Source: Piromyces finnis finn (taxonomy: Eukaryota; Fungi; Neocallimastigomycota). Taken from it: a DNA stretch of 64,000 nucleotides. Location of the stretch: positions 992,001 through 1,056,000 of the forward strand of contig MCFH01000003.1 of assembly GCA_002104945.1 (NCBI GenBank). The letters run 5' to 3'. The number at the start of each line of letters is the position of its first letter. The stretch's first letter is position 1. Shown piece after piece: positions 25,232 through 38,540 of this stretch. The position numbers and the translations under genes were made by a program. Under the pieces are notes generated by a model that was not told where the DNA came from, ran no database searches, and saw nothing but the letters and a program-made list of their open reading frames with translations.

Positions 25232-26479
25232 CAAGTTATAACGATACCTGTTAAGGAATGAACATAAATAGTTGAATTAGTTAGAATTTTAGGATTTAAC
25301 CTTCAACTATTTATATTCCTTACTAGTGTTTAACTCTATTTTTAAAATATAAAAATTATAATATATAATTTTTATACATTTTTCTAGTAATTATTAATAT
25401 TTTTATTATATAGTTATATTATTTGTATATAGTTATTTAAGACCTTTATTATTAGTATTAGTATAATTACTTATAATATTTTATACTTAAAAAATTTTAC
25501 CAAATTTTATTATTAAAATAGTTATAGGTATTTTATTATTATTTAAGGTTCATTTTATTAATTAACTTTATTGTATAATATTTTATAATTTAAAATTATG
25601 ACATAGAAATTAATTATAATTTTTACTAAAAGAGGCAACTGTTACACACAAAACAGAAGATACCTCGACAGAAAAATTATTATTTATGTCTAAAAAAGGG
25701 CATAATTAATTGAATAATATAAATATATTATATGTTATAATTGAATATATAATATATGATATGCAAAAATGTTACACATATCATAAATTAAAAATTTATT
25801 AATTATAAATTAAAAATTTTTCTATTCAAATATTAAGAGATTATTCATAATATATACTAAGGATTTAATTAATATATGTTACAATGAATGATCCATATAT
25901 TATGAATGAAATTAATTTAAATCCTTAGCTATCCAAAATCATTAAATTTCAAATGATGGATAGTTGGAAAAAGTACGAGGATTTTTGAGAAAAATTTTAA
26001 AATTGGAAAAATCAAAAATAAATTAAATGAATAAAAATTAAAATTAAATAAAATTTTATTTTTATAACTATTGAAGTGTATTGTGATATCTTATTTGAAC
26101 CGTAGCATACCGATATCGTTACATATAGAAAAACAAAAATTCAAATAAGAATAGTAATAATAAGGATATAATTAATAATAAGAATGATAATGATAATAAT
26201 GAGAGTGTTGATAATAATGTTAACAATGATAATAATAAGGATAGAGATATATATATTAATATTAATAATGTTACACAAGAATATATAAAAACAATAAATA
26301 ATTGTTTTTTTAATAATGAAATTGTAATTAACATTGCTGATAAAATTACTACCGATAAGGAAAATAAAAATAAAAGTAAAAATATATTTATTAGAATGAA
26401 TATAATTTGATTTATCATTACTTTTACTTTTATCAATAGAAGTTTTACCCCTAGTATTATTTTTACTTTAAAAGGCGAA

Positions 26480-27654
26480 GAATCGTGACGAAATCCCTCC
26501 ACTAATAATCTTATCCGAAGAAATGAACAAATTTGAAATTAAACTCAATAAACTCAAGGAACTTAAAGAGTATTTAAAGCCCATAGGCTTCTATTCTAGA
26601 AAACTAAACAATACAGAAAGAAAATACTCAACCTTTGATAGAGAACTCCTTGCCCTCTCAGAGACGTTACTACACTATAAATTATTACTTAGACAAGGTC
26701 AAAAGATATACACTGCAACTGACCATAAAAATCTAGCCATCTATATTAACTCTGGCTCAAAGGTAGAAACGAACCGCAAATTAAGACTATTCGAAAACAT
26801 CTGTAATTTCAACATTATTCCCTATTATTCCCTGCTATATAGAAGGAAAAGATAATAAAGTAGCAGATTTGTTATCAAGATTCATTGAAAAATATAACGA
26901 TACTGAAGAAACAATAAACTATATACACAACATCGAAGAAATTAACGCGTTTGATATATTCAACAATATGGAACCTGATGACCAAGGAATTCAAAGAGAA
27001 GGAGAAAGAGCTATAATTAGATATGAAGAAAAAGAAGAGACCGAACAAATAAATTTAGATCAAGAAATTTATAAACAAACATTAAGAAACTTATTAGAAG
27101 GGGATAAAAGGGACGAATTAGAAAAATTTGTCCTAAACCAATATAAGAAAGATCAAATATTATTTACAGCACTCAAAAAGCAAATATTCGATCTTTTAAA
27201 GGAAAATTCACATTGGGAAGAAAAATATAATGAACAAGTAAGACTTAGATGTTTCGACCTAAAGGACATTATAAGCAAAAGAGAAGAAATCGAAATAAAA
27301 ATAGGAAAATTAGAAGAAGAAATAAAAAACTCTGAAAGAAATAGGATAAATCAGGAATTAAAGAGGAAAGTAGAAAGGACTAATCAAAGAATCAACGACT
27401 TAAGATATGACTTGAATCTCAAAGCAGAAAGAATAGAATTAACCAAAAAGGTTAATAGTTTGGAAAAATAATTAAAGAAATTGGAAGAAAAATTAGAAAC
27501 TATAATTCCGAAATATGATAAATTAAGTTTTAGGTTAAAGAATATCATAGAAGAAAACGAACTTAAAGAAGAATTTCCATTGGCTGAAGAAGCAATTAGG
27601 GAATTAGGCCACAAAAAGAGAAAACTTGCAAATTTCTCGATAGAAATAAACTAA
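26480..27654 (+). mobile_element. 3' part of the divergent Ty3-like element: RNase H C-terminal half followed by about 250 aa of coiled-coil-like tail, no integrase
   Basis: KPIGFYSRKL..ERKYSTFDRELLA and TDHKNL. A 10-bp duplication (attattccct x2, 26814-26833) explains the frameshift; removing it gives ..YIEGKDNKVADLLSRF leading into a K/E-rich helical region. One internal TAA at 27469. Confidence 0.8.
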
Positions 27655-28017
27655 AATAAGTTATGACGTAATTATAACGTCAACAAATCATAATGATTAG
27701 TAAATAGTAATTTATTACAATTAATAAAAACTTTAATTTAATAATTAGTATAAAAATAAGTAAAATGTATTAGTAAGAGAACTAAGTTTTTTCTTAAATT
27801 CTTGTTTGTATTTAATCGTTTAATAAATAAAATAAAATTTTTAATATACAATAAACGAATATAAACTAGTGAAGTATTTGAGTATAATTGTGTGTTAATT
27901 AACTGAAATAAGGAAGTCAAATAGTATCATAGTATATTCACCATAAATAGTTACCCAGTTAAAAACATACCTTGTAAATTTAGCAAGAACATTAAAATTT
28001 AGGAAAAAGCTTTCAAA

Positions 28018-30669
28018 TTGAATTCCAATCTTAGTGAACAATCAAGTGAAAAATCTATCTTCCATCAAAGTGAAGATAGAATACAAGTAATAAACAATCA
28101 ACAATATTTAAACACTGCCGAAATATTAAACAAATTGAACGAGGAAGGTGATATCAAAAGGGAAAATATCTCAATGGATGTAGATGTTAAACAAGAAAAT
28201 GACCTCGAACAAGTATATCATCAACCCTCAGATTCAGAAGGAACTTCAGAGGTAGTAGAAAATTACGTTAACACCCTAGAAAACGAGGTTAAAGATAATA
28301 AAACTTTAGAAACAACATTTAAAAATAACTTTGGAGGAAATAATATCATACAAAATTATAACCCACAAAACTCCGGAGCTGTAGTGCTCGAATCAACTAA
28401 TAAAATCTATCAAGAGCTAGAATTGAAAAGACAATCCGATAAAGAGGAGTTACAAACGGCCATGAAAAATTTCATGGACCAAATGATGACTCAGTTCGCA
28501 AATCTAACCACCACTTTATCTGCTTCAATACAAGCTAATATAATCGAAAACAAAAGCCAAATAGAAAAGATAAGAATGCAAATGGCAAATAAAGCGGAAA
28601 ATGTAGAGGTCCAACAATTAGCTAACGTTATTGATAACAATACAGTAAAACCAATGGACCTCACCGCTGCAGTCACACTGGTTAAGGAAGAGATAAACCA
28701 AAACAAGTTGTCTACTGTGAAGTCATCCGACTTACTACCCCTCGAACAAGAAGTAAACGAGCAAGGAAAAATGGTAGATAAATATACACAAGAGATCATT
28801 GCTTTACGAAACCGCTTAGCCGTGTTACAACGAGAAATTTTACAACTATCCGAAAAAACAAAAGAAGATAATACATTCACACAAAATATTACCAAGAATG
28901 TAAAAAATGAAATGGCCGAAAAACTACAAGTTGTTAGAAACGATATAAGAAAGGCAATTAAGGGGTTGGAAGATAAGCTATTGAACGTGTATCATATTCA
29001 GAGACGTAATAGTGAAGATTTTAAAATAGAATTTAATAGGTTCCAGGATACACTAGAAAATCATATTATAGAAACCCAGCTACAAGAAAGAATTAAAGGT
29101 TTAGAAAATGAAATTCTGAATGAACCACCAAATACAATTGAAATCGAAAATAATGTAAATAAATTATACGAACTCTACGAAATAATTTCTTCAAACTTAG
29201 AAACCAAATTTCCAAAGGAAAGGGTTTATCTTCCAAATCTTTTGACAGTAACATAGATTCCTCAACTGAAAAATTCAATCGATGTTTCTCAAACGATGAA
29301 GAAAAACAGGACTATTTCGATGCGAGATTTCGAAGAAACAAATATAAAAATGAAACGGAGGACGAATTTCAAGCCCGATTCGCTACCCTCATGGAAAACA
29401 CCAAACCTGATTTTCAAAACGGATCAAGAAACGAACAATACTACTACTTCAAGAACAATCCTAGAATATTTAGTAATAAAATACAATGTACAGTCCCAAT
29501 TATACCCACCGACTTCGAAGACCTTCCATCTTCAACACCGAAAGCCGACGCAGGGTTCAGGAATGTATTTCATACGAAACCACCGCTATACACCTCCAAG
29601 ATATCTGGCTATGAATTCCTACGCGATCTCAAAGCATATCTACAGACCTACACCCCACAAGTAAACGAGTCCCAAATACGAGACGCCATTTTAGAAAGAG
29701 GGGCAAGAAAGTCAAACAGTGGTACTACAACATATTCCTAAAGAAATTAGATAATAACTCTATTGATTGAACTCTACAACTACTTGGAAGAAGCTGAATT
29801 TATTCATTTACCATTTCGAAAAGGAATTTTGTGAACTATCAATAGAAGAACAGGAGCACAAATGGAAAAGTTTAAAACCAACCACTCTATTAAATGAACA
29901 CTCTTTTGAAAAGTTTGTCGCACAGATTGAACGTTTTGGAGAAAACTTGAACAAATCGTACTATTCAAGATTCCTAAAAATCTCCAAGAACCTACCCAAT
30001 AAGTTAAACAAAGAATGCCTACAAACTTTACCACAATTACCAATTTATAACCCAAAGGAAGATTACGATAGCTTAAATGACCAAAATCAGATAATATACC
30101 ATAAGTATATTAATACAATATTTAAATCCTTAGCAGAAGAAGAAGGTAAAAGAAGTTTAGAAGAAGATATTAAATATTTTATTAATCCAAACAATACCGA
30201 TCAAACTCATAACCTAAAAAGGGAAATCTCAGGAAGAACTTACATAAATAATAAGAAGAAGGAAAATCAACGTAAATCCAAGAAAGGGGAATATAAAAAA
30301 TCTACCAATAATTATTCAAAAAGAGAGCAACTACATACTACAAATGAAAATGTATTAGATGAAAATATTGAAGATAAAACAAGGTTTTCTAACGAAGAAG
30401 TAAACAATGCAATTGAGAAATTGAAAGACTCCAAATATTTGAATAACCCAAGATTTGGCGGTCGTATGCACTATAATAAAGCAATAATTTTAGATAACAA
30501 ATATGAAGCAAAATACGGCATAGTTATCTTAGACTCAGGTTCTTCAGGAAATTGTATAGGATCTAACTTAATAAAGTCATTGAATATAAAGAAATACCCT
30601 AATAATTCAGTACACACACTACAATCAGGGGAAACTATCACAGAAGTCAAGGAAAGTTGTTATTCTTAA
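28018..30669 (+). mobile_element. gag: 5' part of the same lineage: long coiled-coil plus Gag-like region plus protease start (frameshifted, truncated)
   Basis: ORFs 28018, 29391 and 29767. KPPLYTSKISGYEFLRDLKAYL is Gag-like. The C-terminus SKYLNNPRFGGRMHYNKA..ILDSGSSGNCIG matches the N-terminus of ORF 8801. Confidence 0.8.
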
Positions 30670-31757
30670 TTTATAATATTAAATATTTACAATTTAATAT
30701 GGTTAAAACAATACTTTTTATTTAAAAGTAATTTAAAAGATTAATCTTAGGATCTATCATATGAATTCATATTATTAATATCAATATCAATATCAATTAT
30801 TAATATTTTAATTTAAAATTATTTTATTTTTATCTATATTATTAATATCAATATTAATAACAATGTAATTTTATTAATTGTAAGAAAAAGTATTTAAACA
30901 AAGAATTGAAATCATTTTTGAAATTCTTTGTAAGATTATTAATTATTAACTATAATCTAATATGTCTTATTAAATATTATTTTATTAAATAAACAATTAA
31001 TAAATTAATTTCATAATTAAATTATTAAAATTTTTATTTTAAATACAAAAATCCATTTAATTTTTTAATTAGAATTATTCTTTAATAAGTTTTAAAGAAA
31101 AAGTTTAATAATAAACAAGCTTAATATTTCATTACTAAATTAAGTTAAGTTATATAAAACATACTGACCAAGTTACATATCAACCAAAGCCCACTTTACA
31201 AGTTATATTAATTAACAAATATAATAAGCTAATAATATTTATATAAAGAAAATTAAATAATATTTTTATTTTAACAATAACTTAATATCAGCAAATATTA
31301 AGTTATTAAAAATATTAAAATTTTTAAAATTTTAGGTTTTATGAGTTTATAACTTTAAGTTAAAAAAATTAATAACGCTAAAGCTTCGTAATTTTTGTCA
31401 ATTTTTGTTCTTTTTATAGAACAATTTTAATAAATGAATTACTATATCTAAATAAATACTATTAATTAAATTAAGTGTATGTAAAATTAATACATAAAAT
31501 AATTCACTATATTTTATTAATGAACGAATTAATAATGTTTTAAATAAATATTAATAATGCAATTAAATGTATAAATAACTAAGATACTAAATAAATTACT
31601 ATATTATATAAATGGATGTTTTAATAATATTTTAAATAAATATTTATAATATAATTAAATGTATAAATAGCTAATATATTAAATAAATTTTTATATAATG
31701 TACAATTATAATCTAAGAATAAATATTAAATAATTTAATATTAATTCTTACAGTTAT

Positions 31758-32396
31758 TGTAAGAAATTAGATTTATTTTATAATAAATAATCTATATTTC
31801 TTATTAAAATTAATTTATTATATTTTTTATTTAACCTTTAATATTTTATTAAATTTTATTAAATTTTATTATAATGCATAATGTATTTTAAATGTAATGT
31901 AAATTATTGTATTTAGAAAAAATCGATTATTAGAATTTTCCCGAATCCATTCGGTTTTATCTAATAATACGATGATTGATAAGAATAGATTATCAATCGA
32001 AACTTTTCTAGTTTTTTCTTCTAATCTTTTTCTAGAAAAGAAATTTATTAAGATTAGAACTTTCTTTTATTCTTTAAGTTTTTATATAAAAAGACCTCTT
32101 GAGTTTCATTTGAAAATCAAGAGTTATTATTATAAGAAATTATAATAAACAACATAAATAAATTGATACACTTTTAACATTAATAAAACATTCTTATAAT
32201 AAAAAATATTTTAAACCCTAACACGAACGTTATTTATTTTTTAAACTCTTATAATAAACTCGATAAGTATAGTATATTTTTTTCTATATCTTAATAATTA
32301 GTTTCCTTATAATTATCTCATTTTAAAAATTAGTGTTAAAATGTTGTTAATAATTTTATTATGTGAAATATTAATACATGTAATAAAATTATTACA
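31758..32396. mobile_element. Solo LTR, family A (639 bp)
   Basis: TGTAAG...ATTACA termini with a GTTAT/GTTAT TSD; near-identical to 3119-3765. Confidence 0.88.
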
Positions 32397-33399
32397 GTTA
32401 TATGTAAGAAGCTACTTATAAATAAATTATAAATTCTTCTACAAATTAATAACTAACTATTACTAATTTGAGAAAGAAAATAAAAAAACATTAATTTCGA
32501 GTTTATTATAAAAATATTAAATATTAACACATAGATATAAAAACACACGTTAAATAAACATTACTTTTAAAATAATTAATACTTTATTTATTAATAAATT
32601 TATATAATAATAACCCTTGATTTCTCAAAAGAGAATCAAGATTATTCTTTTAATTTAATACAAAAAAAAGATAACACAATAAAGTAAATAATATAAACAT
32701 ACAAATCATAGAAATTGGTGTTTTTAATGAACTTTAATGCATTATTTTATTTTATTTTATTTTGGTTTATTTTGGTTTATTTTGGTTTATTTTATTTTAT
32801 CATATTTTGGTTTATTAAATTCATATTAGAATTTTTTATTTACTATTATGAAAATATTTATTTATTGTATCATTTAAATTTTATAAAACTAAAAATATCT
32901 TTAAGTAATTTTTAAAGTTTTCAAAAAGGATAAATGATTTAAATCATTTTTTTTATTAATCTTTATATTTTAACATTAGTACATATATAATATATGAATA
33001 ATAAAATTGTTAGTTAAAATGTATAAATTATTTAATAAAAATAATTAAAAAATTAAATAAATAAATAGATTGACTTAGGGATTAAGAAATACCTTATTCT
33101 ATATAAATTTTATTAATTAATACATTAGTAAATATTTATAGATACATGTTACATAATTTTAAAAAAGATAAAATACTGATAATATACTAATAATATATTT
33201 TTATATTTAATATTTTTAAAAATCATGATTATTTAATAATATATTGATATTATAAATTTTTATACTACTAAAATTGAAGATAAATATCTATTTTTTCTAA
33301 TTTATAAAATATTTAAATACCTATAATAATTATTTATTATATTTATTATAATATATAGTATATTATATTATAATAATATACTATATATTAATCTTTCAG

Positions 33400-33756
33400 T
33401 ACTACAACGAAGAGAATCAAGAAAAATAATGATATCAACAAAATAAATTTACTTGTATAGTTTACCACTAGAACTCTTAACAGGTTCATTAATTAATACA
33501 TACAAACTTTAATAGTTGGATAAATATTTCCATGAATGTAACAAAAAGTATTTTTGGAAAGAATATCAGCAACTTCTTTTGAATAAACATCTACATAATA
33601 TACATTTGTTCCTATTTTTAATTTTTCTTTGATTGGATCTTTAAAATAACGAAAATTATTAAACATCATTAGTTTTATTGATAAATCCAGTATATATCCA
33701 GTTTTGATTATATGTGAATTTATTTTTAGCAAGTTTGCAATTAGTGAAGTCATCAA
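33400..33756 (-). pseudogene. Unassigned degraded coding segment
   Basis: An 87-aa ORF with ordinary protein-like composition (..KIGTNVYYVDVYSKEVADILSKNTFCYIHGNIYPTIK..) in otherwise non-coding AT DNA. No family recognised. Confidence 0.4.
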
Positions 33757-34224
33757 TATTTCTAGATTTAAATAAAAAATATTTAAAATTATTTTAAATA
33801 TTCATCTTAATTTAAATTTAGCGGAATTATTATAAAATAATTTTATAAAGTTATTCCATAATATTTATTCCAAAAACTTTAATTAATTTTACTAAATATT
33901 TATTAATAATTAATAGTTAATTATTAAATAATCTCAAGATATATATTATCTTTATAGCTATCTTGAATGAAATTATTTTTATTAGGATGAGTCACTGGAG
34001 TAGATATGGCAGGTAATGTAAAGATATCAAACGCCATAGTTTGATATTTTTAATGTAATTTAAGTCACAAGAATTATTGTTTAAATTACGTAAATTATAC
34101 TACTTAAAATGAGAATGGGACATAATTTATTTATTAATAAAATTTAAGACAAAATAAATTAATTCATTTTTAATGTTTAATAAATAAATTAAATTTCTCA
34201 ATTTAAATCCCTAGTTTTAATATT

Positions 34225-34812
34225 TGTAATGTTGACACAAAAAGAATAGATTAGGATATCTATTCTATTACAATAACACAAAATTGAAAATAAAAATAGA
34301 AATTTGTTTTATAAAAATGTCTTTTATTATAATAAAAATTTTTAATAACAATTACATCGATAAAATGATAAAAAATATCATCTATTTATATTTTTCCTAA
34401 ATACATTTATATTATAATTATTTATTATATTATTATTTAAAATCTACGCAAAAATCTTAATTATTAATAAATATTTAAACTAAAACTATTTTTAGTAAAA
34501 TACAATTGGCAATTCAAATTAAGTATTATTCAATTTGAATATGTGCCCATATATTATTGATATATTAATCATTTAATAATTATATACTATATATCTATTT
34601 CTATTACAAAACAATACTAAAACTAGGGGTTTGAATTGAGAATTTTAATTTATTTGTTAAACATTAAAAATAATAATTTATTTTGTTTTAAACTTTAATT
34701 ATTAATAAATTGACCCATTTTCTTTTTTTATAATAATTCGTGTAACTTAAACAATAATATTTATGGCTTAAATTAAAGATATCATCAATCTGTGGCGTTT
34801 GATATTTTTACA
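34225..34812 (-). mobile_element. Family B element nested in opposite orientation inside an older family B copy (starts at about 34016)
   Basis: TG...CA termini with flanks ATATT/GTATT. The host copy reads ..ctagtttta|gtatt|gttttttt.. across the insertion, matching the family consensus. Confidence 0.82.
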
Positions 34813-34929
34813 GTATTGTTTTTTTAATAGAAATAGAAATATTTAAGAAATCAAGTTTTTATTAATAAATTAGAATATGAATTTTTAATAATTTTAAATT
34901 TTAATAACTGACATTTTAAAGTTTTTATG

Positions 34930-35340
34930 AGTTATTTTAGTAATTATAAATTTCTCTATTGTTAAGAACACATTTCTTTTGCAATTACTGTCATCATGTA
35001 ATTAACAATTTCATCTTTATTCCACCCAAATGGTGAATATTTATTTTCATCAAAAATATGACTCTGATATATTACCAAAAATTTTTGAAGAATCTAACTA
35101 TCAATGTTAGAAATATCTTTTTATTGTAAATTTAGATAATTTGTACCACTGATTATTTTCCCATTAAAATCAATCACGTAATAATGTAAAAAATCTAGTT
35201 TCCAAGAGGCTTCTTGACTTTTATTTCCTAAAAATCCTTTTGTTATTGTTATTACGCTATTATTGGAAAATTTTATATTTTGTGTAATAAAGGAATTATT
35301 TAATTTTTTTTCACTATATCTATCAAATATTTGATAATTT
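34930..35340 (-). pseudogene. Unassigned degraded coding segment with in-frame stops
   Basis: My translation is YQIFDRYSEKK..EASWKLDFLHYYVIDFNGKIISGTNYLNLQ*KDISNIDS*ILQKF..KYSPFGWNKDEIVNYMMTVIAKEMCS*. The frame is kept through the stops. Confidence 0.45.
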
Positions 35341-35894
35341 AATGTACTTTTTAATTTTATTTTATATTAATTATTTAATAACATATTTATGACTTAAAAT
35401 TAGTGTGGCGTTAAATTTTTAAAGATTGTGGTTCAATCTTTAAAATTTACACATGACCACATAATTTTATACTAAAACTAATTAAATACACCTTTGATTA
35501 AAATTGAGTAAACTGCAAATTGGAATACAATCCATGTATTAACTATATATTAATATTATTAATATTATATATTTACTATTTAAAAATCTTATTTTAAAAC
35601 TACCCTAAAGTTATTAAACTAATTTAATTAAGTAAATACTATTTAAAATTTAATTTGAATATTTAAAACATTTATGAACAATAGTACTTTTTGAAAAAAA
35701 ATTGTACATGTATTGTTTTACAAAATAAATTATTAAAGTTTATTAAATATTAAGTATTGTATATTTACATTTTTGTGTTAAATCCTAATTCTACTTCCAG
35801 CGCCGTCCGTCCGAGTAGGAAGACAATCTTCTCAGAATCACTTTGATATAAATAAATAGGATGTGTATCATATGTATATCACGTGATATAATGT

Positions 35895-37160
35895 GTGATA
35901 TAAGTTTCTTTTATGTTGTAGTAATTTAATATTAGTTTATTTATAATTTATTATATTAGGTGAAAAATATTTTATTACTATTAACTTCTCTCTTATTAAT
36001 AATTTCACTTATAATATTTTCTTATTAATTATTAAAGCTCTTCTCTCTAATTATTAATTATTTTTACATGAATATTTTTATATTATAAAATTCCTATAAT
36101 ATAATTGAATATCAATTATATAATGTAATGTATTCATAATATATGAATAATAATTAAATAGGATATAGTATAATATATTTTACATTTTATATGAAATATT
36201 ACTATATAAGGAAAGGTAATGTAATACAAATAAGTATTACAATAAAATTAATACTAATATATAATATTAATATTTAAGAATATAATGAAATATGTACATG
36301 AATTCTATAACTAATATATAAATAATGTATTATAATATATATCAATTATTATATTATTATTATGAAATATTATATATAAATTTCTAAAGATGAAATTGAA
36401 TATTTTAAATAATAAAAATTATTTTAAATATTGGCTAATATGTAGCTAGACATATTAATTTCATATCATGTGTCCATTCAAATGACATATGTTTCTTTTA
36501 TGTTGTAGTAATTTAAAATTATTTTATTTATAATTTATTATATTAAGTGGAAATTTTTTATTATTATAATTAATTCTTTCTAATAATTTCACTTTAATTA
36601 ATTATTATATTTTATTATTAATTATGAAACCTCTCTTCTTATTAATTATTAAACATGAATATATTTATAATATAAAATTCCTATAATTATATATAATTGA
36701 ATATCAATTAAATAATGTAGTGTGTTAATAATATATAAATAATAATTAAATAGGATAATAATACATTATATAATATATTTAAATAAAATATTACTATAAA
36801 AGTAAAAATGTAATGCAAATTAGTATTAATAAAATATAACTCTACATTTAATAATGAATGTATGAATGAATATATAATATAATATTAATAAGAATATAAT
36901 GAAATATATACATATATTCTAAAATTAATATATAAATAATGTATTATAATATATATAAATTATTATATTATTATTATGAAATATTATAAATTTTAAATAT
37001 GAAAAGCAATACTTTTAATAATAAAGATCATTTTAAATATGGCTAATATGTAGCTGGACATATTAGTTTCATATCAAGATGATCGTAACAAATGGCCTGC
37101 GGCCGACCATGGGAACAAACACATTATCTTAGTTGTGTGTCATGTGTTCTTATGTTGTAG
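35895..37160. repeat. Tandem units of about 590 bp (two full, one truncated), with a dispersed near-identical copy at about 63257-63830
   Basis: Units run from ..tttcttttatgttgtag to ggctaatatgtagct.gacatatta.tttcatatca. Unit 1 is nearly identical to 63257-63830; unit 2 is diverged. Confidence 0.85.
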
Positions 37161-37221
37161 ATATGGTCATTTTAACTAAATCAGAGAATATTTCAGTAAA
37201 TCCAGTTCTAAAGCCTGTATC

Positions 37222-37794
37222 TGCAAAGATATCATACGCCACACATTGATATTTTTAATACAATTTAAGCCACAAACATTGTTGTTTTAAGTTACACGAA
37301 TTGTATTACAGAAAAAGAAAATGTGATATAATTTACTTATTAATAATTAAAGTTTAAAACAAAATAAATTAGTAATTTATTTTTAATGTTCTACAAATAT
37401 ATTGAATTTCTCAATTTAATTTCTTAGGTTTAATTGTTTTTTAAGAGATAGATAAATAATATATAATTATTAAATGATTAATACATGGCATGGGCACATA
37501 TTCAAATTGAATAATACTTAATTTGAATTGCCAATTGTATTTTACTAAAAATAGTTATAGTTTAAATATTCTATTAATAATTAAGATTTTAGTGTAGATT
37601 TTAAATAATATATTTTAAATAAATAGTTAATATAAAATAAATGCATTTAGGAAAAATAAATAGAAGATATTTTTCATCATTTGATCTATGTAATTGTTAT
37701 TATTAAAAATTCTAAAGTTATTTTTATAAAAACAATAAGTTCTATTAATTTCTATGTTATTGTAAAAGATATTGTAATCTGTGTCAAAATTACA
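37222..37794 (+). mobile_element. Diverged family B element
   Basis: Starts tgcaaagatatca..ttgatatttt, shares the family body and ends aattaca. No TSD retained. Confidence 0.7.
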
Positions 37795-38540
37795 TCTGGA
37801 TTCTTTAGTGGAATCCAAGAGTTATATTTAGTTAATAACTAAAAATTTAAATTTTAAAAAAATTTTTTTTTATTTTTTTTTACTGTTTTGTTGTTTTATT
37901 GTAAAATTTAATAATATGTTGATAGTAATACTTTAACAGATTAATGGAAAATGTCCAAAAAATTGGTACAAAAATATGGATTATAAAAATAAGGATGATA
38001 TAGAATATTGCATGAATGATGTAAGAATCATTAAACAAGCGATGGAAATAACAAATAAATCATTAGAACCACTTGTTAAATGCCAATATGTTATTCATCC
38101 AGATGGTTATTAGATTAAGGAAAATGAAATTGAAGGTTTTCAGTTGATCCAGAAAAATTTCTTTAATAATTTTCTAAAAATTTATTTTCTAATAATATAA
38201 ATGACAAAAAAATTTAAAAAAATAAATTGTTATTTTCGTTATTTTCATTATTTTGTATTTTTAACTTAAATATTTATTATTAAATAAAGAATTATAATAT
38301 TAATTTGTGCTATATTACTTTAATAATGTTAAATTCAAACTTTTGTAAAAATTTTTATTCTATTTTATTTACTATTTATATATTATTCCTTTATTTATAA
38401 CCGATGTTTAATTATGGGAATTTTAAAATAATAATAAGAAATTATGATATAAAATAAAATAAAAAATAATAAATATTAAAAATATTCTAAAAATTTTTTT
38501 AAAGCATAAAAAGCTAAATATAATAAACTCTTATAATTAT

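Noticed and set aside
26119-26502. 127-aa hydrophobic ORF that looks like a membrane protein
   Set aside because: It is a translation of AAT/ATA-rich low-complexity DNA. Only its start overlaps the antisense of the RNase H fragment.
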